Part shown: one piece after another, positions 1 to 9,064 of the stretch
Layout: every line of letters begins with the position of its first letter
Numbering within the stretch: the stretch's first letter is position 1
Source: Acidobacteriota bacterium
GTDB taxonomy: Bacteria; Acidobacteriota; Vicinamibacteria; Vicinamibacterales; SCN-69-37
Reading direction: 5' to 3'
DNA: 51,409 nucleotides
Assembly: GCA_024640135.1 (NCBI GenBank)
Contig: JAHEFO010000001.1
Span: 10,035 to 61,443 of the forward strand
Translations under genes and position numbers: made by a program
The notes under the pieces: model-generated
The model's input: only the letters and a program-made list of their open reading frames with translations
Told to the model about the DNA's origin: nothing
Databases searched by the model: none

Positions 1-73
1 ACACCTCGATCTGTTCCTGGCCTCCGGCCACGAGACGGCCGGCCTGGGAATGGTAGAGCAGGGAACGAATCAC
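1..73 (-). CDS. 5' end of an unidentified gene (partial, runs off the window)
   Basis: GTG at 73-71 lies about 8 nt downstream of a GGAAGGAG Shine-Dalgarno (reverse complement of 81-88). The frame stays open to position 1 (MIRSLLYHSQAGRLVAGGQEQIEV...). It sits 19 nt downstream of the SDR stop on the same strand. No family was recognised. Confidence 0.3.
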   Translation of the reverse strand, partial: MIRSLLYHSQAGRLVAGGQEQIEV

Positions 74-92
74 TATCAGCCTCCTTCCTGCT

Positions 93-833
93 TCAGAAAT
101 CTATCTTCCTCATCACGAACCGCGGCAGGCTTCTGATCACCAGCATCACGAACCGCCAGACGCCTGGTGTGTAGACGAGCGGCCGCTTGCGGTCCATCGC
201 GGCAACGATGTCGGCGGCCACGCCGGCGGGCTCGCCCGCAAAGGGCGGCGCCTTCAAGCCCGAGGTCATCGCGGTCTTCACGAACCCCGGTTTGACGCAC
301 AGGACCCACAAGCCGCTGGCGCGAAACCTGTGATCGAGCGCCTCCAGGTAGGCCGACAGACCCGCCTTGCTGGCGCCATAGATTGCCACCGGCTTGCGCC
401 CGCGATCACCGGCCACCGAGGACACTGCGGTGAGCCAGCCCCCGCCGCGCGACAACAGCCGGACGCGAACATGTTCGCAGAAGGCCACGGTATTGGCGAA
501 GTTGGCGGTCGTCAGCCGCCGTGCGAGTTCCACGTCCGCCTCCAGTTCGGCCTGGCTTGCGAACATGGCCGCCGTGATGACGACGGCGTCAAAACCGTCG
601 AGCGCCGCGTCGGCCGCATCGAGGGCCGCGGCAAACCCGGTCGGGTCCTCGAGGTCGCACAGCGCCCAGCCGCCCTGCGCCTGCTCGGGATGTCGCGCCG
701 CCAGGTCGGCGGCGCTGCGCCGCAGGCTGGCCTCATCTCGGCCGAGCAGGAATACGGCGTCGCCCCGCGCGGCCAGTTCCTGCGCGACCGCGCGGCCGAT
801 GCCCGCCGTGCCGCCAAACACCACGGCCTTCAT
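93..833 (-). CDS. Short-chain dehydrogenase/reductase, DprE2-like (decaprenylphospho-2-keto-pentose reductase family)
   Basis: Start chosen at internal MKAVVFGGTAGIGRAVA (TGxxxGIG Rossmann motif). YGASK catalytic motif is present. The ATG overlaps the stop of the upstream FAD oxidase (ATGA at 830-833). The N-terminal extension in the 388-aa track ORF is Arg-rich junk. Confidence 0.85.
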   Translation of the reverse strand: MKAVVFGGTAGIGRAVAQELAARGDAVFLLGRDEASLRRSAADLAARHPEQAQGGWALCDLEDPTGFAAALDAADAALDGFDAVVITAAMFASQAELEADVELARRLTTANFANTVAFCEHVRVRLLSRGGGWLTAVSSVAGDRGRKPVAIYGASKAGLSAYLEALDHRFRASGLWVLCVKPGFVKTAMTSGLKAPPFAGEPAGVAADIVAAMDRKRPLVYTPGVWRFVMLVIRSLPRFVMRKIDF

Positions 834-2146
834 GCGGCATCCCCGAACAGTCTCCGGGACTGCGCGCTGCGCAACCGCCGTGCGGGATCCCACTTCGCTC
901 TCAGCGCCAGGAATCGAGGCAGCCGCGGTTCCATCGCGCGAAAGTCTTCGGGCCGCGTAAAACGATCCTTCGTCAAGTAGACGCGGCCGCCCACCGAAAT
1001 GATGAACTGATTCAAACCGTCGACGACGCGCTGAATATGACCCGACACCGGGATATCCACGGCAATGGACGTCCCTTCCATCGGGAACGACAGCACCCCT
1101 CGGCCTTCGGGCCCGCAGTCCTTGATCACACACAGCGGCGAGGCCGCGCCGAGTGCGGTCAGTTGTTCCATGAACTTGCGCACCGCGTCCGGCCCGGCCG
1201 CGCGCGGCACCACGCACTGATACTGGGTAAACCCACGGGGCCCATACGCTCGATTCCACTCGAGGATGACATCGAGCGGAAAGAAGAATGCTCCCGGCGC
1301 CATCATGCCGGCCGCACGTCGCCGCAGGTGACTCCAGTAGTACGCGGCGTTGAACAACCCCGCCGTCGCACGATTGAGCGCCCAGTCCGGCAGCACCACG
1401 GGCATGGTGATCTCAGGCCGCGCCCCTGGGTTGCGCGCGGGCGCCTCGTCGGCGCTCGCCCAGCGTCCGGCCATCAGGACCCCTCGTCCCATCTCCTCAC
1501 CGCGCTTCAGGCAATCGATCCACCCCATGGTCATGGGCCATTCAGGAGCCGCTCTGGAAATGCTCTCGAGGAAGGCGCCGATATCGGGCACGCGCTCGCG
1601 CTCCATCCAGATCCACTGCGACGGGATGCGGTGCATGGTGAATTCGACCTCGAGGATATGCCCGAGCAATCCCATCCCGCCAATCGAGCCGTCGAACAGG
1701 TCCACGTCGGCCTCGGGCGAACACTCCACCACCCGGTCGTCGGCGAGCCGAATGCGGAGCGCGCGGACATGTGCGCCGAAACAGCCTTCGCGATGGTGGT
1801 TCTTGCCATGCACGTCGCTGGCCACCATGCCGCCCAGCGTGACAAATCGAGTGCCGGGAACGACCGGGGGAAACCAGCCTCGCGGCAGCATGAGGCGAAC
1901 GAGGTCGACCAGAGTGAGTCCGGCCTCGGCGCGCAGGACACCGGTGTGGGGATCAAAGGAGAGAATGCGGTTCGCGAAGCGGGAATTCGCGACCTTGTCG
2001 TCCGGACTGGCCGGCAAGGACGAGTCTCCGTACGAGCGGCCCAGCCCGCGTGACAGGACCGCGCCTCGAGTCAGCGTCTCGATGTCCTCGTCAAACAGTT
2101 CTCGCCCCGGCTCAGGCAGCCGGCCCCAGCCGGTGAGAGTGTCCAT
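830..2146 (-). CDS. FAD-binding oxidoreductase, DprE1-like (decaprenylphosphoryl-ribose 2'-oxidase family)
   Basis: The translation has the FAD-binding PCMH-type region (RGLGRSYGDS, GGMVASDVHGKNHH). Length is about 438 aa from MDTLTGWGR. It sits directly upstream of, and is coupled to, the DprE2-like SDR. Start at 2146 lies 3 nt after the DHS-like stop. Confidence 0.85.
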   Translation of the reverse strand: MDTLTGWGRLPEPGRELFDEDIETLTRGAVLSRGLGRSYGDSSLPASPDDKVANSRFANRILSFDPHTGVLRAEAGLTLVDLVRLMLPRGWFPPVVPGTRFVTLGGMVASDVHGKNHHREGCFGAHVRALRIRLADDRVVECSPEADVDLFDGSIGGMGLLGHILEVEFTMHRIPSQWIWMERERVPDIGAFLESISRAAPEWPMTMGWIDCLKRGEEMGRGVLMAGRWASADEAPARNPGARPEITMPVVLPDWALNRATAGLFNAAYYWSHLRRRAAGMMAPGAFFFPLDVILEWNRAYGPRGFTQYQCVVPRAAGPDAVRKFMEQLTALGAASPLCVIKDCGPEGRGVLSFPMEGTSIAVDIPVSGHIQRVVDGLNQFIISVGGRVYLTKDRFTRPEDFRAMEPRLPRFLALRAKWDPARRLRSAQSRRLFGDAA

Positions 2147-2148
2147 CA

Positions 2149-3165
2149 CTACCGCGTGAAAGACTCCATCAGCGTCCTGGCTTCCGCCGGATGCCGCTTG
2201 CACTCGAGCAGCGCACTGAGCATCAGCGGCGCCACAATCGTGGCGTCAGACTCGATGACGAACATCGGGGTGTCGGCGGTCAGCTTGTCCCAGGTGATCT
2301 TCTCGTTGGGCGTGGCTCCGGAATACGAGCCATAGGATGTCGTGGAATCGGAAATCTGGCAGAAATAGGCCCACGGTTTGACGGACACCCCGACGTCGTA
2401 CTTCAGCGACGGCACGACGCAGATCGGAAAATCACCGGCGATCCCGCCGCCGATTTGAAAGAACCCTGCGCCCGGGCCCTCCGACAGCACGGCGTACTGT
2501 TTGTACAACGCCGTCATGTACTCAATCCCGGACTTCGCGATGCTGACGTCGCAGTCACCGGCATTCGCACGCGCGGAGAAGAAATTGCCGAAGGTCGAAT
2601 CTTCGTACCCGGGAACGACGATCGGCAGATTGGCTCTGGCGGCAGCCAACAGCCACGATTCCTCAGGTTTTCCTTCAAAGAGGTCCTCAGGCATGGTGAG
2701 AACCAGTTCATAGAAATACTCGTGCCAAAAACGGCGTTCGCCCTTCTCAGTCGCCCGCGCCCACATTGGCAGGACGAACTTTTCAACCACGCGGAACGCC
2801 TCATCCTCGGGAATGCTGGTGTCGGTCACCCTGCGCATGCGGTCGTTGAGAATCCTGGTGTCATCCTGTTTCGAGAGGTAGCGATACTCCGGAAAATCCT
2901 TGTAGCTGTTGTGCGCGACCAGGCGAAACAACGACTCCTCGAGATTCGCTCCCGTGACAGAGAGGCCGTGAATCAACCCCTCACGAATGGCCGGGGCGAG
3001 CGTGATTCCCAGTTGGGCCGACGACATCGCTCCGGCCATGGCCCAGAACATCTGGCCTCCGGCATCAATGTGCTTCCAGTAGGCAATCAGGGCATCACGA
3101 GTAGCGCGGGAATTGAAGTTCTTGTAGTTCTTGAGGACGAACTCAAGAATCGGAGTATTCGTCAT
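2149..3165 (-). CDS. Deoxyhypusine synthase family protein (DHS-like)
   Basis: The 338-aa translation aligns along its length with DHS/homospermidine-synthase proteins (GANLEESL, IGGGIAGDF, SDSTTSYGSYSGATPNEKITWDK). The canonical catalytic Lys position appears substituted (see findings). Confidence 0.85.
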   Translation of the reverse strand: MTNTPILEFVLKNYKNFNSRATRDALIAYWKHIDAGGQMFWAMAGAMSSAQLGITLAPAIREGLIHGLSVTGANLEESLFRLVAHNSYKDFPEYRYLSKQDDTRILNDRMRRVTDTSIPEDEAFRVVEKFVLPMWARATEKGERRFWHEYFYELVLTMPEDLFEGKPEESWLLAAARANLPIVVPGYEDSTFGNFFSARANAGDCDVSIAKSGIEYMTALYKQYAVLSEGPGAGFFQIGGGIAGDFPICVVPSLKYDVGVSVKPWAYFCQISDSTTSYGSYSGATPNEKITWDKLTADTPMFVIESDATIVAPLMLSALLECKRHPAEARTLMESFTR

Positions 3166-3195
3166 AAGAAAAACGAGGGTAACACGAAGGACGAC

Positions 3196-4188
3196 TCAGG
3201 AGGCCAGCGCCGCGACGGTGGCTGGGGCGCCGGAGCCAAGAGTCACCTCGCGCTCCTCCACCGCGCTGTCGCGGTGCACATACCCAAGGGCCACCACGCG
3301 GCCAATGGACGGCCCCCGCGCGGCACTCGTCACGACTCCCACGTCTCGGCCCTGGTCGTACACCGGCGTGCCGGCCGGTGGAACGTCGGTCACTGCAGCA
3401 TCGGCCAGAAACTGGACCAGCCGTTTCGCCACACGCCCGCCACCCCGGTGCAGGATGCGGACGATCACCTCCTGGCCGACATAACAACCCTTCGTTGTGC
3501 TGATGGCGCGCTCGAGGAGACCGGCCTCGAGAGGAATGGTGTCGGTCGTCATGTCGACGCCAAACAGCGGACGCGCCGCCTCAATTCGGAGGGCATCGAA
3601 CAGTCCTGCTGGCGCCCCAGGTCCTCCCCCCGGCACTTCGACCGCCCCGGCCGCGGAGAGAGCCGCGGTGGCAGGCCCCCACGTCACGGCCGGCATCTGG
3701 ATGGCAAAGTTCGGCAGCGCCACGTCATCTGTCCGGATGACCCGAAAACCTCCCTCCGTCACATGGCCGAGAATCGGCAGTCCGGCGATGTCAGAGGCCG
3801 AAATGCCGGTGGCGGCGCCGACGGCCGCCGCGGCCTGCCCGCCGAACACAACGGCCTCCCGGGTGACGGCACTCTCGTCAACGACCTGCACCTTCTCGGC
3901 GAAGATCAGCCCGTCGAACCGGGCGGCCAGAGTGGACGCCAGTCCCTCTGGGACCCCGGCGATGACGCAATCGGGGTCCCTCAGCAGGCGAAGATCGGTG
4001 ATCATGCGGCCCTGCGGCGTCAGCCAGGCCGCATAGGTCCCACGGCCAACTGACAGGCCCGTGACGTCATTACTGACAAGTGAGTGCAGAAACGAAGCGG
4101 CGTCCGGACCATCGAAACGGAGACGGCCGCGGGCGCTCGCGTCAAGCCACCCGGCGTTTGAAGCGATGGTGCGATACTGGGGAGTCAT
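3196..4188 (-). CDS. Folate-binding protein of the YgfZ / GcvT aminomethyltransferase family
   Basis: Start taken at MTPQYRTIAS. GcvT-like N-terminal pattern (GRLRFDGPDAASFLHSLVSNDV) and a C-terminal barrel with KGCYVGQE are present. Confidence 0.8.
   Translation of the reverse strand: MTPQYRTIASNAGWLDASARGRLRFDGPDAASFLHSLVSNDVTGLSVGRGTYAAWLTPQGRMITDLRLLRDPDCVIAGVPEGLASTLAARFDGLIFAEKVQVVDESAVTREAVVFGGQAAAAVGAATGISASDIAGLPILGHVTEGGFRVIRTDDVALPNFAIQMPAVTWGPATAALSAAGAVEVPGGGPGAPAGLFDALRIEAARPLFGVDMTTDTIPLEAGLLERAISTTKGCYVGQEVIVRILHRGGGRVAKRLVQFLADAAVTDVPPAGTPVYDQGRDVGVVTSAARGPSIGRVVALGYVHRDSAVEEREVTLGSGAPATVAALAS
4173..4178 (+). promoter_or_regulatory. Candidate -10 box GATACT, 8 nt upstream of the hydrolase ATG
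   Basis: AT-rich hexamer in GC-rich sequence. It is part of the recurring start-proximal -10 pattern (see findings). Confidence 0.3.
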
Positions 4189-5848
4189 GAAGCAGTTGTT
4201 CAGGAATATTAGCGTCGCGCTTGTGGTGTGCACAACGTGGGGCGCACTGCAGGCCTGGCAGGCCGATCAGACGGGCTCGGCGAGCTTTACGATCTTTCTC
4301 CGGGGTCAGCGCATCGGATCAGAGGAAATTGTCGTCACTCGCCCGGAGGGCGGATGGCTGATCTCTGCCACCGGTCGCACCGGAGCACCGCTGAATTTCG
4401 GTTTCGAGAAATTCCTGGCCCGGTACGGCCCCGACTGGCAGACCCAGTCCCTGGAGGTGTCCGGCCAGATGCGGGGCCAGGCCCTGGTGCTGAACACGGA
4501 CTTCAAGGCCGGGACGGCGACATCCGACGTCGTCCAGGCGGGACAGCAGGCCCGCCTGACCCATCACGTCTCGACCGACACCATCGCGCTGCCGAACAAT
4601 TTCTACGGCGCCTACGAGGCCCTTGCGCTGCGGCTGAACGCGGCCGTGGCCGGGACGACCATTCCGATCTATGTCGCGCCCCAGGCGGAGGTGCAAGCCA
4701 CCGTAATCAAGGTCACGCCACGGACGATGGAGACGCCGGCGTCCCGCTTCGAACTGCGGCAGTTCGATGTGGCGTTCCAAAACCCCAACGGGCCACTTCA
4801 AGTTGAAATCTGGGTGGACACACGCGGCAGGCTGGCAAGACTGGCAATACCCGTGGCGGCACTCACGGTGATTCGGGACGATCTGACAGGCGTCATGTCC
4901 CGGCTCGATTCGTTCACACATCCGGGTGACGAGAACGTCTTCATTCCGGCGAATGGTTTCAGCCTCGCGGCCACGATCACCACGCCTGAGGGCATCGCCA
5001 AACCGCCTGTCGTAGTGCTCGTGTCGGGTTCCGGGCCACAGGACCGCGACGAGACCCTGTTCGGGATTCCGGTGCTGGGGCAGGTGGCTGGCCGGCTGGC
5101 GGATGCCGGATTCTTCGTGGTGCGATACGACAAGCGCGGCGTGGGCCAGAGCGGCGGACGCATTGAAAGCACCTCGATCGAAGCGTATGCCGATGACCTG
5201 CGGGACGTCGTGGACTGGCTGCGCAAGCGCAAGGACATCGACCGCGATCGCATCGCGTTGGTCGGTCACTCGGAGGGCGGCGCCGTGGCACTGCTCCTGG
5301 GCAGCCAGATGCGCGGCCAGGTGCGCGCGATTGGCCTGATGGCGGCCGCGGGCCAGACCGGACGCGACCTCACGCTCTGGCAACAGCGGCGGGCGCTGGA
5401 CAAGCTGGAGGAACCTGAGGCCCTGAAGCAGGAAAAGATCGCACTGCAAATGAAGGTCATGGACGCCGTAACGAGCGGCGCCGGGTGGGAGTTCGTGCCA
5501 CCGGAACTCCGAAGGCAGTCAGACACCGCATGGTTTCGAAGCTGGTTGCTGTTCGATCCTGCGTCGGCAGTGCGTCGTACCAACCAGCCAATCCTGATCC
5601 TGCAGGGTGCGCTCGACACCCAGGTCCCGCCCGAGCAGGCAGACGTGCTCGAGAAACTGTCAAGTGCCCGATCAGGGCGCTCGGCCACGACCCGGAAGAT
5701 CGTCGTGCCAGGCGTGAATCACCTCCTGGTGCCGGCGCTGACCGGAGAAGTGCAGGAGTACGCGTCGCTGTCGGTCAAGACGGTGTCGCGCGAGGTCACC
5801 GACGCCCTCATTTCGTGGCTGAAAGAAGTCCTTCCGGCCAGGCGGTAG
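4187..5848 (+). CDS. Secreted alpha/beta hydrolase with an N-terminal beta-rich domain
   Basis: Start at MKQLFRNISVALVVCTTWGALQA (signal peptide). The C-terminal half has a GHSEGG nucleophile elbow and the overall alpha/beta-hydrolase layout. Confidence 0.8.
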   Translation: MKQLFRNISVALVVCTTWGALQAWQADQTGSASFTIFLRGQRIGSEEIVVTRPEGGWLISATGRTGAPLNFGFEKFLARYGPDWQTQSLEVSGQMRGQALVLNTDFKAGTATSDVVQAGQQARLTHHVSTDTIALPNNFYGAYEALALRLNAAVAGTTIPIYVAPQAEVQATVIKVTPRTMETPASRFELRQFDVAFQNPNGPLQVEIWVDTRGRLARLAIPVAALTVIRDDLTGVMSRLDSFTHPGDENVFIPANGFSLAATITTPEGIAKPPVVVLVSGSGPQDRDETLFGIPVLGQVAGRLADAGFFVVRYDKRGVGQSGGRIESTSIEAYADDLRDVVDWLRKRKDIDRDRIALVGHSEGGAVALLLGSQMRGQVRAIGLMAAAGQTGRDLTLWQQRRALDKLEEPEALKQEKIALQMKVMDAVTSGAGWEFVPPELRRQSDTAWFRSWLLFDPASAVRRTNQPILILQGALDTQVPPEQADVLEKLSSARSGRSATTRKIVVPGVNHLLVPALTGEVQEYASLSVKTVSREVTDALISWLKEVLPARR

Positions 5849-5856
5849 TTATCGTC

Positions 5857-5862
5857 TACACT
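5857..5862 (+). promoter_or_regulatory. Candidate -10 box TACACT, 8 nt upstream of the FHA gene ATG
   Basis: TAnnnT hexamer 9 nt after the preceding stop codon. There is no Shine-Dalgarno between it and the ATG at 5871. Confidence 0.35.
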
Positions 5863-5870
5863 ACGGCGCG

Positions 5871-6176
5871 ATGGCTGGATGGATTCTCCAAAGCAACGAC
5901 GACACGCCGCGACTGTTGCGGCTCACGCCCGGGACCTCACGAACGATCGGCCGGGCGGCTCAGGCGGACTTCGTGTTTGATGCCCCGCTTGTCTCGCGTC
6001 TTCACTGCCGGTTGACGGCCGATGTTTCGGGCCAGCTCGTCATGGAAGACCTGGGCAGTACAAACGGCACAACGGTCAACGGCATCGCTGCAGCTCGCGG
6101 AGTCCTTCGGGCCGGCGACACGCTCGGCGTCGGCCGGGTGGAATTCTCAGTCAGCACCGGAACCCAGGTTCCTTAA
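5871..6176 (+). CDS. FHA domain-containing protein (single domain, 101 aa)
   Basis: Classic FHA signature: IGRAAQADFVFDAPLVSRLHCRL ... GSTNGTTVNG. Confidence 0.8.
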   Translation: MAGWILQSNDDTPRLLRLTPGTSRTIGRAAQADFVFDAPLVSRLHCRLTADVSGQLVMEDLGSTNGTTVNGIAAARGVLRAGDTLGVGRVEFSVSTGTQVP

Positions 6177-6835
6177 GCTCTCAGAAACGGATTGCTCCGT
6201 CGTTCCTCCCCAACGGTCGTGTCGGGACCGTGGCCGGAGTGCACGATCGTTGCGTCGGGATACACGAAGAGCTCGTTCCGGATCGACGTCAGCAACGTCT
6301 CCAGATCACCTCCGGGCAAATCGACTCGTCCGATCGACCCGGCAAACAGCGTGTCCCCCACGAACAGTTCGCGCCCATCCTGCCCGGCCCGGCCTATTGC
6401 CAGACAGACACCACCGGGACAGTGCCCGGGCGTGTGCCGGACGTCGACGATGTAATTGCCAAAGGCCAGTGACTCACCTTCCCCGTAGAAGCGGTCAGGC
6501 AGCGGCTGGGGCTCCACCTGAAGGCCGAACATCTGACCCTGCTCGGCGGCCGCCTCGTACAGGAAGAGGTCGTCCCGATGCAGCCACACCGGAACTCCGA
6601 GCGCGGCCCTTGCGGCACCAACGCCGGTGACATGGTCAAGATGAGCGTGCGTCAGCAGGATCATCTTGACGGACACCCCTTCCCTGGCCACGATTGCCAG
6701 TTGATCCGCCACGTCATCGCCCGGGTCGATGACGATGGCCTCGCGGGTGGTTTCACAGGCCACGACATAGCCATTCTTGTAGAAGGGGGGCGCCGATGTT
6801 GTCCACACATGCATAATCGAGTTCCGATGTCCCAT
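6173..6835 (-). CDS. MBL-fold metallo-hydrolase (hydroxyacylglutathione hydrolase-like)
   Basis: THAHLDH metal-binding motif, later TPGHCPG and a C-terminal GHG. An alternative start exists at 6814 (MHVWTT). Confidence 0.85.
   Translation of the reverse strand: MGHRNSIMHVWTTSAPPFYKNGYVVACETTREAIVIDPGDDVADQLAIVAREGVSVKMILLTHAHLDHVTGVGAARAALGVPVWLHRDDLFLYEAAAEQGQMFGLQVEPQPLPDRFYGEGESLAFGNYIVDVRHTPGHCPGGVCLAIGRAGQDGRELFVGDTLFAGSIGRVDLPGGDLETLLTSIRNELFVYPDATIVHSGHGPDTTVGEERRSNPFLRA
6812..6817 (+). promoter_or_regulatory. Candidate -10 box CATAAT, 9 nt upstream of the dehydratase ATG
   Basis: AT-rich hexamer with no SD before the ATG at 6827. It lies inside the 5' end of the divergent MBL gene. 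Confidence 0.3.
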
Positions 6836-7822
6836 TATCCCGGAGTCCGCGTTCCCGCACGAGTTGACGTAGAAGCAGCCGCCCGGCGCCTGGCGGGTGT
6901 CCGTCCTGGCGGGCTGGGGCGGGTTTTCCGTTCGCCAATGCTCCGATCGGCTTGGTTGTCAGACCGTGCGAAGGCCGACGTGTGGCTCAAGCTCGAGTCC
7001 GTCCAGCCCGGTGCGTCATTCAAGATCCGGGGCGCGCTCAATGCGCTCTCAGTGCTGCACTCCGAACATCCGGAGGTCACCGCCATTGTCACAGCATCGG
7101 CGGGCAATCACGGTGCGGCGATGGCCATTGCGGCGCGCCACTTCGGCCTGCGCCTGCGCGTACACCTCTCCGTGGCAGCACCGGCTGCCAAGCGGAACGC
7201 CCTGCTGGCACAAGGCGCGGAGCTGGTCGAGGCCGACGACTATGACGGGGCGGAGGAGGCCGCTCGCGCGGATGCCGCCGCGAGTGGCGCGCCCTACATT
7301 TCGCCGTACAACCATCCGGACGTGATCGCCGGTGCCGGCACGGTCGCCCTCGAGATGCTCGAAGACGCCCCCTCACTCTCCACGATCATCGTTCCCCTCG
7401 GCGGTGGCGGATTGCTGGCGGGCACCGCCCTGGTTGCCCGAGGCCACACGGCACACGTGCGAGTCATCGGAGCGGAAGCGGAGAGTTCGCCGGTCTTCAC
7501 GACGGCGCTGGCCGCAGGCGAAATCACGAAAGTGAAGGTCGAAACCACACTGGCGGATGGGCTGGCTGGCAATATGGAGCCAGGGAGTCAGACGTTCGCT
7601 CTGGTTCGAGATCTGGTTGATGCCGTGGCCCTTGTGGCCGAATCGTCGATCGAAACAGCCATGCGAAACCTGGTTTACCGTGAGCGCCTGGTCGCCGAGG
7701 GCGCCGGCGCGGCGGCGGTTGCAGCCCTCCTGCAGGGTGGGCTCGACCTTCAGGGCGGGCCGGTTGGCGTGATGGTCACCGGCCGGAACGTGGACGAAAC
7801 TGTTCTCAAGCGAATTCTGTAA
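6827..7822 (+). CDS. PLP-dependent threonine/serine dehydratase (short form, no ACT domain)
   Basis: Start at MSHYPGV. PLP-lysine motif SFKIRGA, SAGNHG and a GGGGL glycine loop are present. Confidence 0.85.
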   Translation: MSHYPGVRVPARVDVEAAARRLAGVRPGGLGRVFRSPMLRSAWLSDRAKADVWLKLESVQPGASFKIRGALNALSVLHSEHPEVTAIVTASAGNHGAAMAIAARHFGLRLRVHLSVAAPAAKRNALLAQGAELVEADDYDGAEEAARADAAASGAPYISPYNHPDVIAGAGTVALEMLEDAPSLSTIIVPLGGGGLLAGTALVARGHTAHVRVIGAEAESSPVFTTALAAGEITKVKVETTLADGLAGNMEPGSQTFALVRDLVDAVALVAESSIETAMRNLVYRERLVAEGAGAAAVAALLQGGLDLQGGPVGVMVTGRNVDETVLKRIL

Positions 7823-7840
7823 CTCATTCCGGCCACCAGC

Positions 7841-9064
7841 ATGTACGCACTTCTCACACTCATCCGGAGCAACCGCAACTTTCGCCTGCTGTGGTTCGGG
7901 CAGATCGTCAGCCAACTCGGAGACTGGTTCAATGTCGTGGCGCTTTTTGCGCTGTTGTTCGAACTCACCGGATCGGCCACGGCCGTCGCAGCGTTGATGG
8001 TGATGCAGATGCTGCCCGTGGCGCTGGTCGGGCCGATGGCCGGTGTCGTCGTGGACAGGTTCGACCGGCGGCGCATCATGATCGCCGCCGACGTGATACG
8101 CGGATTGGCGGTCCTTGGGCTCCTGCTGGTCCGGACGCCTGAGACGGTCTGGATCGCGTACGTCGTGACCGCGGTGATGGTGACGTGTTCCGGGTTCTTC
8201 GAGCCGGCGCGATCGGCGACCGTGCCGTCCATCGTCCCCCACGAGCAACTGGTGGCGGCCAACGCGATTTCCACGGGCACGTGGTCGGCCATGCTCGCCA
8301 TTGGGGCGGCACTGGGCGGCGGCGTGGCGGCGTGGCTGGGCCGGGATGCAGCATTTCTGATCAATGCTGCCTCCTTCTTCACTTCGGCCTTGTTCCTCCA
8401 GCGGATGCGTGTGCCGATCAGCACGGAAGCCCGGGCGGCACTCGGACTGCGTGGCGTCCTCGATGGGCTCGCCTACATGCGCAGCCACAGCGCCGTGGCG
8501 CGAATTGCTCTTGTCAAGGGCGGCTGGGCCATTGTGGGCGGCGCGCTCCTGCTGCTGACGGTCTTCGGAGACCGCATCTTCCGCATAGGAGACTCGAGCG
8601 ATGCCGGCATCGGCATTCTGTTTGCCGCGCGCGGTGTTGGCGCGCTGGCCGGTTCGCTCATCGTCAGTGTCACTGCCGCGCGGCGGGGCAATTTGATTCG
8701 GCTCATTGCCCCTGCCTACTTCATCGCGGGTGCCTGCTACGCCACCCTCGCCATCGCACCAACGATCTGGCTGGCTGCGGCGGCGGTGGTCGCATCGCAC
8801 GTATTCGGATCGATTCTGTGGGTGTCGAGTAACGTTCTGCTGCAGATGCAGGTGCCCAACGAGTTCCGGGGCCGGGTATTCTCGGCGGAGTTGATTGTGC
8901 TCGCGATTGTGCAATCAGGTGTCGCGTACGCCACGGCCTTTGCGCTCGATCAGTGGCACATGGATCCGCGCGTGCTCGCCGCGATTGTCGGTTTCGGGCT
9001 GTGGCTTCCCGGACTCGCCTGGAAGCTCGGGCAACGAAAGGACACAGAGCCCGATGTCCGCTAG
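7841..9064 (+). CDS. MFS transporter
   Basis: 407 aa with about 12 hydrophobic segments. The N-terminal pattern NFRLLWFGQIVSQLGDW and the DRFDRRR loop are typical of MFS_3/EntS-like exporters. Confidence 0.85.
   Translation: MYALLTLIRSNRNFRLLWFGQIVSQLGDWFNVVALFALLFELTGSATAVAALMVMQMLPVALVGPMAGVVVDRFDRRRIMIAADVIRGLAVLGLLLVRTPETVWIAYVVTAVMVTCSGFFEPARSATVPSIVPHEQLVAANAISTGTWSAMLAIGAALGGGVAAWLGRDAAFLINAASFFTSALFLQRMRVPISTEARAALGLRGVLDGLAYMRSHSAVARIALVKGGWAIVGGALLLLTVFGDRIFRIGDSSDAGIGILFAARGVGALAGSLIVSVTAARRGNLIRLIAPAYFIAGACYATLAIAPTIWLAAAAVVASHVFGSILWVSSNVLLQMQVPNEFRGRVFSAELIVLAIVQSGVAYATAFALDQWHMDPRVLAAIVGFGLWLPGLAWKLGQRKDTEPDVR

Noticed and set aside
93-1259. N-terminal extensions of track ORFs, such as the 388-aa version of the DprE2-like SDR. 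Similar extensions occur at 9061-10038, 27170-28252, 27623-29743, 30871-31992, 41883-43076, 39856-41529 and 48563-49609.
   Set aside because: The extensions overlap the upstream gene, are Arg-rich and non-protein-like. An internal Met coincides with the family-typical N terminus, often with an ATGA or GTGA coupling.
2191-4053. 620-aa plus-strand ORF opposite the DHS-like and YgfZ-like genes. The same applies to 7373-8914, 28424-29641, 35010-36230, 24049-25020 and 34017-35006.
   Set aside because: All lie antisense to genes with strong family-level signatures, have junk-like composition, and cross real gene boundaries.
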